Shown here: in pieces, positions 8,126 through 14,046 of the stretch
Layout: each line of letters begins with the position of its first letter
Numbering within the stretch: position 1 is the first letter of the stretch
NCBI GenBank assembly: GCA_003650785.1
Contig: QMRW01000023.1
Location: 1-14,046, forward strand
Length of the DNA stretch: 14,046 bases
Direction of reading: 5' to 3'
Source: Thermoprotei archaeon
GTDB taxonomy: Archaea; Thermoproteota; Thermoprotei; Thermofilales; B20-G17
The notes under the pieces: generated by a model
Told to the model about the DNA's origin: nothing
Databases searched by the model: none
Seen by the model: the letters and a program-made list of their open reading frames with translations, nothing else
Translations under genes and position numbers: made by a program

Positions 8126-9061
8126 TCACATTCTGGATAGACCTATAATACTGACAGCTAATCTAGCTAGCCTGACCTTGTCCTCTAAACTCCTCATTAT
8201 AGTATTCGTTACAAATACCTTTATCCCTAAACTTTCAATTCTATCAATCAGATGAGAATCTCTTTCATCTATTATGAAATAGTCTAGGAAGTCTCTATAT
8301 AATACCGCTACTCCATATGCTGAAACTTCTATACCCAATCCTCTCATGAGTTTATCGGCAGGCCCTTTTATAGGAGCTCCACCTACTATAGGGCTTATTC
8401 CTACTATTTTCGCCCTAGCTTTCCTTAGAGCTTCTCTAATTCCCTTAATCGATAGTATAGTTCCTATGCTTACTACCGGGTTACTTGGACATATTATTAT
8501 TCCATCTGCATTCATTATAGCATCTATTACTCCTGGGGCTGGTCTTGCATCTTCAATACCCTTATATAGTACTCCCCTCACTCTATCTCTAGCTTTTCTC
8601 TTAACCAAGTACTCTTCAAAGTGAAGCACTCCTGAATCAGTTAATATCATGGTCTGTACTCTATCATCAGTCATTGGAATTATTGTAGTTTTAATCCCAA
8701 GGGCTTTCGATAATATTCTTACTACTTCAGATAGTCTCAAACCTTGTCTTAAAAGAAACGTCCTATAGATATGAGTGGCCATGTCTCTATCTCCTAGTAA
8801 GAACCATGTTTCAAGACCATAAGTCCTCAACATATCTAGACAGTTGAAGGTATCATTCTCTATACCCCATCCTTTAATTCTATCCACTATTCCAGCAATA
8901 GTATACATTATTATATCCAGGTCAGGAGATATGTAGAGACCATATAGTTCTATATCGTCACCTGTATTAACTATAACAGTCACTCTCTCTGGTGGAACTA
9001 CATTAATTAGTCCTTCTAGGAATCTAGCTGCACCAACTCCACCAGCTAATGCCACAATCAT
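8126..9061 (-). CDS. cofD: 2-phospho-L-lactate transferase (LPPG:FO transferase), CofD family
   Basis: 311 aa. The N-terminal IVALAGGVGAARFLEGL, then VNTGDD, SPDLDIIMYT, WGIENDTF, LLGDRDMATH and ICPSNPVVSIGTIL match the CofD/YvcK-fold family, CofD type. Confidence 0.88.
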   Translation of the reverse strand: MIVALAGGVGAARFLEGLINVVPPERVTVIVNTGDDIELYGLYISPDLDIIMYTIAGIVDRIKGWGIENDTFNCLDMLRTYGLETWFLLGDRDMATHIYRTFLLRQGLRLSEVVRILSKALGIKTTIIPMTDDRVQTMILTDSGVLHFEEYLVKRKARDRVRGVLYKGIEDARPAPGVIDAIMNADGIIICPSNPVVSIGTILSIKGIREALRKARAKIVGISPIVGGAPIKGPADKLMRGLGIEVSAYGVAVLYRDFLDYFIIDERDSHLIDRIESLGIKVFVTNTIMRSLEDKVRLARLAVSIIGLSRM

Positions 9062-9165
9062 ATATCTCCCATCTCTAAGTAGATTACAACTAATAATAAT
9101 CTAACACCGTTCTGAAAGATGCAGGCTAAAGAGTGCGATATTCAAAATTTTTCGATAATTATTTT

Positions 9166-9777
9166 CTAGTTCCATGTCTCATAATGGACAATATTCTCTA
9201 GAGAGAGTCTAGAGGGGGGTTTGGGCTTTTCATAGGGGTATCCTATTATCAGTATTGCTTGTGGATCTATGTTATGAGGAATCTTCAGTACATATCTTAC
9301 TACGTCTGGACAAAACAGGGGTGCACATTTCCAGCAGACACCTAGTCCTAGTGCATGAGCTGATAATAGAATATTTTGAATAGCTGCGGCCACACTCTGT
9401 ACAGCCATTATGTACTCTACCTTGTTCCTCCTTTCATCAGGATACCTATGCATATTTTCCATTGTTAGACATACTACAATAAGCACCGGGGCACTTGTAA
9501 ATACCCTTACAGACTCTTCTATTAGCCTAGATATTTGATCTATAGAAACTCCATCTTTAATTAAATCTCTTCTCCAGGCCTCTGCCATAGCTTTAGCTAG
9601 TTTCAATTTCATTTGATAATCTCTTATCACTACAAAACGCCATGGTTGTGCATTATGTGCCGAGGGAGCCCACCTAGCCGCCTCTAGGATTTTTTCTATA
9701 AGTTCTCTGGGTATGGGATTGGGCCTAAATTTTCGAATACTTCGTCTAGACTTAATAATTTCTAGTATATTACACAT
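9166..9777 (-). CDS. Nitroreductase-superfamily flavoprotein, possibly FbiB-C-terminal-domain-like (F420-related)
   Basis: 203 aa. Motifs are SRRSIRKF, APSAHNAQPWRFVVI, YPDERRNKVEYIMAVQSVAAAIQNILL and LGLGVCW. It starts 4 nt after the stop of the upstream membrane-protein gene and lies 104 nt upstream of cofD on the same strand. Confidence 0.88.
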   Translation of the reverse strand: MCNILEIIKSRRSIRKFRPNPIPRELIEKILEAARWAPSAHNAQPWRFVVIRDYQMKLKLAKAMAEAWRRDLIKDGVSIDQISRLIEESVRVFTSAPVLIVVCLTMENMHRYPDERRNKVEYIMAVQSVAAAIQNILLSAHALGLGVCWKCAPLFCPDVVRYVLKIPHNIDPQAILIIGYPYEKPKPPSRLSLENIVHYETWN

Positions 9778-9781
9778 AGCA

Positions 9782-10315
9782 CTATCCCGATCTTATAGAG
9801 CTTAGTAGGAATCTTATTTCTTTACTCCTGAGTAGTATCTCGATCACTATAGATGATATCAGGACCTCTATGAAGGCCTTGATATTGACCACAATGATTA
9901 TCGGTATTAGTACCTCTAGGGGAACTCCACATACCAGGTGGACCCATAGTATCATACTAAACCATATAAAAGGTGTTTCAGCTATCTCTCCTACTATGGC
10001 AGCTAGAACTGGTCTAAATTTTCTTGATGCTAATCCTGCTATGCCAGCTAGTATAGCATTTCCGAGAGGAATCAAAGGATTTTTTATTTTTAGAGTAGCT
10101 ACAATTAAACTTAGTGCTCCAGTTATAGCACCATCTATTGGTCCTATTGATATACCCACGAGAAGGGGAGTTAATTGTGAAAAGTGTAGTTCTAATCTTA
10201 GTGGTGGTGGAGCTGGTATACTTATTGATAGCATTCCAAGGACATTTCCTAAAGCCCCCATTATTATGATGAATACGAGTCTCTTCACAGATCTTGTATA
10301 CTTATGTGACTTCAC
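9782..10315 (-). CDS. Small polytopic membrane protein (about 5 TM), ECF-transporter S-component-like
   Basis: 177 aa with a GTG start. The hydrophobic helices include GALGNVLGMLSISIP and LLVGISIGPIDGAITGALSLIV, a pattern reminiscent of vitamin-type S components. The spacer to the nitroreductase gene is 4 nt. TTTAAATAAA on the minus strand (10334-10347) lies about 27 nt upstream of the GTG. The functional call is weak. Confidence 0.7.
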   Translation of the reverse strand: MKSHKYTRSVKRLVFIIIMGALGNVLGMLSISIPAPPPLRLELHFSQLTPLLVGISIGPIDGAITGALSLIVATLKIKNPLIPLGNAILAGIAGLASRKFRPVLAAIVGEIAETPFIWFSMILWVHLVCGVPLEVLIPIIIVVNIKAFIEVLISSIVIEILLRSKEIRFLLSSIRSG

Positions 10316-10333
10316 AATACCTGGAGAACACTA

Positions 10334-10347
10334 CGTTTATTTAAACA
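10334..10347 (-). promoter_or_regulatory. TATA-like box (TTTAAATAAA on the minus strand) for the membrane-protein/nitroreductase operon
   Basis: It is centred about 26-27 nt upstream of the GTG at 10315. It is divergent from the promoter at 10439-10448. Confidence 0.35.
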
Positions 10348-10438
10348 TAGAGTATCATGATAGGAGCATGTACTAATCAACTGTTTCTTAAGGGAGAGGT
10401 ATGGTATAATAGATCCTGGGTAGAGAATCGTATATGAT

Positions 10439-10448
10439 AAAGTTATAA
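10439..10448 (+). promoter_or_regulatory. BRE/TATA-like box AAAGTTATAA for the 194-aa coiled-coil gene
   Basis: It is centred about 27 nt upstream of the GTG at 10473, the usual archaeal TATA-to-TSS distance, which implies a leaderless mRNA. Confidence 0.4.
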
Positions 10449-10472
10449 TGAGGGCTGAGTACTATCGAATAG

Positions 10473-11057
10473 GTGAGAAAACTGATCTCTAGGGTTACGT
10501 TGGAAGATGTATACAGGGAATTAAGAACAGTAATAGGTGCAATTTCAACACTAAAGGATACATTGGAGTCTACTGTGAAAAGACTAAGTATAGCTGAAGA
10601 TAGGTTGGGGGAATTAACAAGAACAGTAGAAATACTCAATAGAAGAGTGAGTGAAGTAGATAGGAGTATTATTAATATCAGGAGTCTATTCGAGAAGGTT
10701 GGTAATGACATAGAAGTTATAAGAAGACAAAGTACTCTTCTCAATGAAAATATTAAATCCACACTTCAATCTCTGAAGTCTCTACGTAAAGAGATTAGCG
10801 AAGAACTTGGAGGTATGAGATATGAATTAAAGGATAAAATAACTCGACTATTTGAGCTAGAAAGTCAAGCTCTCTCTGATATAAGTAGGATACATGGTAT
10901 GTTATCAAATAGCTCAATAGTTATGGCATCAATGGAGCTGGACCTAAAGAAAAGAGAAGAGATAGTCAAAAACGAGATATCCAACATAAGACTAGTGTTA
11001 CTAGATCTGGTAACGGGTATAGAGGAGCTTAAAAACCTATTAAAATCAAACGAATAG
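10473..11057 (+). CDS. Uncharacterized all-helical coiled-coil protein (194 aa), paralogous to the N-terminal domain of the next gene
   Basis: The GTG start comes immediately after an in-frame TAG. AAAGTTATAA (10439-10448) lies about 27 nt upstream, a leaderless geometry. Heptad-like L/I/V spacing runs throughout. There is no TM segment, no Cys and no nucleotide-binding motif. Confidence 0.75.
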   Translation: MRKLISRVTLEDVYRELRTVIGAISTLKDTLESTVKRLSIAEDRLGELTRTVEILNRRVSEVDRSIINIRSLFEKVGNDIEVIRRQSTLLNENIKSTLQSLKSLRKEISEELGGMRYELKDKITRLFELESQALSDISRIHGMLSNSSIVMASMELDLKKREEIVKNEISNIRLVLLDLVTGIEELKNLLKSNE

Positions 11058-11280
11058 TACACACTTAAACCTAAAACTATAGAGGAGCATAAGAGTATAG
11101 CTCATAAGGTCATACAATATATTCTGGCCTGAAATTGTAGTTATCTTTAAAGTTATACTCCTGCTTAGACTGTAACTTTACCTATTCCCTCTTAATACTC
11201 TAAACCCATTCATAACTTGATTATTTCCTAACTCCCTTACAACTCCTGTAGTGTTTTCTTCCACATTGATTTCTAAGTGT

Positions 11281-11294
11281 AAAGTTTATGTATA
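11281..11294 (+). promoter_or_regulatory. TATA-like box AAAGTTTATGTATA for the 483-aa coiled-coil gene
   Basis: It lies about 20-27 nt upstream of the ATGATG at 11311-11316. It is followed by the palindrome GTTATAAC (11294-11301), which is flanked by direct ATGTATA repeats. Confidence 0.3.
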
Positions 11295-11310
11295 GTTATA
11301 ACATGTATAC

Positions 11311-12762
11311 ATGATGTTAAGAAGAAAAGGAGATGTAGAGGAACTAGCGGAAAGAATCGAAAGCAGACTTGAGAGTCTAAGAGAGGAGACTAGAGCGATA
11401 AGAGATGAAATAACAGATATTATGAGTGGTATAGAAAGAAGATTTGTAGCTAGGATTACTGAAGGACAGAAACTTGTGGCCGATGCAATAACAGATGCAA
11501 TAGACCTAATAAGAGTCATAAGGTCAGAAACAGAAAAGCTAACAACATCGACTACAGAGATAGCGGAATTAACAAAACAGATCCAAAGTACACTTGAGAC
11601 TCTGCAAACACATTTAGCAAAAGCTGGAGAAATAGATGCTAGGTTAAGTGGAATAAGCGAAGAGCTGACGAAGAACATAGCAGAACTATCGCCCATTCTT
11701 AGTAGCTTGAACACAAGACTTGAGGAAAGTCTGAAATTAATTGAGAAACTCAGAGAGAGTGAGAGAAAAGTAGCTGAAGTTGAAGTAAGGTTATCCGAGC
11801 TTACTAAAAAGGAAAAAGAGCTTATGGCAAAAGAAGAGGAACTTAAGAAGAGGGAGAAAGAAGTTTCTAAACTCCTTTCTGAAATGAGGACGCGAGAAAA
11901 AAGTATAGCCAAACAGGAGATGGAACTTAGGGGGTTATTTGATAAAATGGCAAATCTATTAGTAGAATTAGAAAATAGAAATAAGAGATTAGAGAAAATG
12001 ACTGCAGATTATCAAAAGCTCTCTGAAGAGGTACGTAAAGAGAGAGAAGTTATACGGAATAGAGAGACAGAACTAAAAAGACTGGAAAAAGAATTAGAGG
12101 CTAAAGAGAATACGTTAAAGAGAAAAAGTGAAGAGATAGAAAGGAGGATGGCAGAACTCGATATAAGAGAGGCAGAGATCACAAAAATGGAGGAGAGTTT
12201 AAGAGAGAGGGAAAAAGAATTGATGAGCAGAATAAGCGAGTACGAGAAGGGAATGAAGAAGCTACTCGACTTAGAGAGAAAACTGAAATTAAAGGAGGCG
12301 GATTTAGAGAAAAGAGAGAGATATCTAGGAGTGCTTAGAGAGGAAATGCTTAAACTGGAGAGTGATATTAGAGCTAGAAAAGAAGAACTAGAGAAGTTAG
12401 AGACTGAGATAGGTCTAAAGAGGAGGGAGATAGAAGAGGAACTTAAGCCTATGCTCAGCAGAGTTAAGGAAGAGGAGAGTAGATTACTAGAATGGGAGAA
12501 AAGATTACTAGAGAGGGAGAGAGAGCTTTCTGGATATCAGAGAGCACTAGCTAGTAAGATGGAAATGCTAGTAGAATTAAGAGAAAGATTAGAGATGAAA
12601 GAAGCAAATCTAGAGAGAAGGGAGAGAGAGCTATCCTCTAAACTGAGAGAGCTTGAAGATCTAAAAACTAGAGTTAAAGAACTTGAAGAAGAGAATAGTA
12701 AACTAAAGGACACTATAGAGATGTATAAGAGGGAGATAGAGAGACTTAAAGAATTTGTCTAA
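11311..12762 (+). CDS. Long head-less coiled-coil / ER-K-rich rod protein (483 aa)
   Basis: Aa 1-150 form an S/T/I/L-rich helical domain similar to the preceding gene. Aa 150-483 are an uninterrupted, extremely E/K/R-rich stretch with heptad hydrophobics (KEKELMAKEEELKKREKE..., RERELS...). There is no Walker A/B, hinge, TM segment or signal peptide. Confidence 0.85.
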   Translation: MMLRRKGDVEELAERIESRLESLREETRAIRDEITDIMSGIERRFVARITEGQKLVADAITDAIDLIRVIRSETEKLTTSTTEIAELTKQIQSTLETLQTHLAKAGEIDARLSGISEELTKNIAELSPILSSLNTRLEESLKLIEKLRESERKVAEVEVRLSELTKKEKELMAKEEELKKREKEVSKLLSEMRTREKSIAKQEMELRGLFDKMANLLVELENRNKRLEKMTADYQKLSEEVRKEREVIRNRETELKRLEKELEAKENTLKRKSEEIERRMAELDIREAEITKMEESLREREKELMSRISEYEKGMKKLLDLERKLKLKEADLEKRERYLGVLREEMLKLESDIRARKEELEKLETEIGLKRREIEEELKPMLSRVKEEESRLLEWEKRLLERERELSGYQRALASKMEMLVELRERLEMKEANLERRERELSSKLRELEDLKTRVKELEEENSKLKDTIEMYKREIERLKEFV

Positions 12763-13048
12763 GTATTATTAAGAATATAATAGCTATAGATGAAAGAAGT
12801 ATAATCACAGCTATTGTCTCAAGTAATTCCATTTTGATATCCCATTGTTCACTACTGTACTTCAGGCTTTTTAGAGTTTGTATAGAGATAGTACCTATGG
12901 AGAATGAGATAACACCTAGAAGTGTAGCCAATATGAGCTGATTAATGGAATTGTATAGGTTGAGGATAAGTACATCAATTAGAATCAGTACTACAGCTAT
13001 CATGAGTAGATATGGTAGCAAGGACAGATACCTATACTCAGGATTCAC
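12746..13048 (-). CDS. Small 3-TM membrane protein, translationally coupled to the LysRS-like gene
   Basis: 100 aa. The GTG start overlaps the upstream stop (GTGA, 13045-13048). There are three hydrophobic helices (LLPYLLMIAVVLILIDVLIL, LILATLLGVISFSIGTISI, IAVIILLSSIAIIFLII). I recognise no family. Confidence 0.6.
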   Translation of the reverse strand: MNPEYRYLSLLPYLLMIAVVLILIDVLILNLYNSINQLILATLLGVISFSIGTISIQTLKSLKYSSEQWDIKMELLETIAVIILLSSIAIIFLIILRQIL

Positions 13049-14046
13049 TTCAACACCTCCTCTATTCTCCCTATGACAAAGTGTTTATCTAGCATTGATA
13101 AGTAGGGTGCTATTCTAGGACCATACTCTCTACCGAAAAATATTAGGTATAGTGCTCTGAAGAATTCTCTCTCTTCCCTCTTAGTACGTTTTATATTCAT
13201 CATTGCTCTTTTGATTTCGTCTTCAGTCCAGACTTCGATTCTCTTTAAGCTTTCGAGCAAACTTTTTAGTAATTTCTTCTGCACTGGAGTAAGGGATGAT
13301 ACTATAGTCTCACTCACTCCTTCACTTATACTCAGTAGATAACTACTTGGAGCATATTTACTCACCCATCTTCCAGCTCGTAGTACTCTATTAGTGATAA
13401 GCTCTAACTCGTAATCCGTTAGATCTCTATCTATAACTTTAGTACTCTTCAACTTTTTGACTACAAAGTCTGCTATATCAAACCCAGGTGGTATTAATTG
13501 GGCTAGGACTGTAGCCTGTAGATATGATATCCTAAATGGACATCTCTCAAAGGGTTTTCGATTTAGTGATAATTCATAGCTTCTCTTGATGAACTCCTTA
13601 TTAGTAATAGTCTTTAGACCATAGAATACCTTTTCAGCTAAATCGAATCTATCGTGATATCTAGGTATCTCTCTCATACTCAACACAATTCTCTTCATGG
13701 GATCTGTGGAGAGGTATAGATATTTGAGTACCTCTGGCTCGGCTACTTCCAACCAATCTCTAGGAGTAAAGCCTATAAAATCACTTGAACCCATATCTCC
13801 CATATCGATATTATTAACCTTATACCCAACCCACTCATATGCTATACCTTCAGGAGGATCGAAATTGAATACATTTCTAGCTAAATCATTACAACTATCC
13901 CTAGAACCTCCTGGAGTAGCATGGTCCTTCCCATAAGGTTCAAACGATACTCTAAGAGCATACCAGACTCCAACCCATTCTAATCTCCATATAAGCTTTC
14001 CCTCATCTATAGAACTCACTCCTTCATTACCACAATGTTTACAGAT
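13045..14046 (-). CDS. lysK: Class I lysyl-tRNA synthetase family protein (C-terminal about 334 aa; 5' end off-window), with a divergent KMSKS loop
   Basis: The frame is open to the window edge (ICKHCGNEGVSSIDEG...), so the GTG at 14019 is internal. The LysRS-I signature EPYGKDHATPGGS, then YEWVG and WLEVAEPEVLKYLYL, and the C-terminal FFRALYLIFFGREYGPRIAPYL are present. The loop expected to read KMSSSKG reads DMGSSDF. Confidence 0.8.
   Translation of the reverse strand: MCKHCGNEGVSSIDEGKLIWRLEWVGVWYALRVSFEPYGKDHATPGGSRDSCNDLARNVFNFDPPEGIAYEWVGYKVNNIDMGDMGSSDFIGFTPRDWLEVAEPEVLKYLYLSTDPMKRIVLSMREIPRYHDRFDLAEKVFYGLKTITNKEFIKRSYELSLNRKPFERCPFRISYLQATVLAQLIPPGFDIADFVVKKLKSTKVIDRDLTDYELELITNRVLRAGRWVSKYAPSSYLLSISEGVSETIVSSLTPVQKKLLKSLLESLKRIEVWTEDEIKRAMMNIKRTKREEREFFRALYLIFFGREYGPRIAPYLSMLDKHFVIGRIEEVLK

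Noticed and set aside
739-8624. Short internal or antisense ORFs from the track (739-930, 2458-2646, 3555-3776, 3614-3877, 5381-5755, 5768-6034, 7279-7626, 7687-7872, 8346-8624; likewise 10388-10762, 10865-11062 and 13697-13936)
   Set aside because: Each lies wholly or largely inside a longer ORF on the opposite strand that has strong family motifs. Their compositions are biased (S/P/L/T-rich) and they lack promoter or Shine-Dalgarno context.
9870-10376. A 168-aa plus-strand ORF overlapping the membrane-protein gene
   Set aside because: Its P/R/S/G-rich composition is typical of the antisense of a hydrophobic gene. The minus-strand ORF has clean TM helices, a promoter at the right distance and a 4-nt junction with the next gene.
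11286-11912. A 208-aa minus-strand ORF (Ser/Leu/Phe-rich) antisense to the 483-aa coiled-coil gene
   Set aside because: It is the complement of GAA/GAG/AAG/AGA codons (TTC/CTC/CTT/TCT), a classic shadow ORF of a purine-rich gene. It has low-complexity composition and no start context.
11750-12740. GA-rich periodic DNA as a tandem repeat or CRISPR-like array
   Set aside because: The periodicity is at the protein (heptad) level inside one continuous ORF. Apart from one 14-mer pair there are no exact repeat units or spacers.
11311-12762. SMC/Rad50 annotation for the long coiled-coil protein
   Set aside because: It has no Walker A (GxxxxGK[ST]), Walker B, signature motif, hinge or zinc hook. 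Any database similarity would be compositional coiled-coil matching.
1-14046. Mobile element, genomic island or prophage signatures
   Set aside because: I saw no integrase, transposase, tRNA attachment site, terminal inverted repeats or compositional break.

Overview
The window reads as an AT-rich, gene-dense archaeal chromosome segment. AGA/AGG Arg and ATA Ile codons, TATA-like boxes about 27 nt upstream of start codons, a tungsten-type AOR, a class I LysRS and CofD suggest a hyperthermophilic crenarchaeon (Desulfurococcales/Sulfolobales-like); this assignment is inference. I support 14 CDS. They are: a 4x[4Fe-4S] polyferredoxin translationally coupled to an aldehyde:ferredoxin oxidoreductase; a DegT-family aminotransferase; a macro-domain protein; a HAM1/RdgB NTP pyrophosphatase; an MFS transporter fused to a cytidylate-kinase-like domain; a glycerophosphodiesterase; a minus-strand cluster of ECF-S-like membrane protein, nitroreductase and CofD; two tandem head-less coiled-coil proteins; and a class I LysRS-family gene (5' end off-window) coupled to a small 3-TM protein. 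I found no rRNA, tRNA, CRISPR array or mobile element. The best candidates for undescribed biology are: (1) the paralogous coiled-coil pair at 10473-12762; (2) the LysRS-I-like protein whose KMSSSKG catalytic loop reads DMGSSDF, with its overlapping membrane partner; (3) the cofD/nitroreductase/membrane-protein cluster as a possible F420 salvage or dehydro-F420 route; (4) the MFS-kinase-like fusion; and (5) an unusually long 700-bp non-coding gap (4691-5396) containing a 12-bp long-range helix, duplicated palindromic AT-rich boxes and possible gene debris. All functional calls rest on motif recognition by eye. No database search was run.
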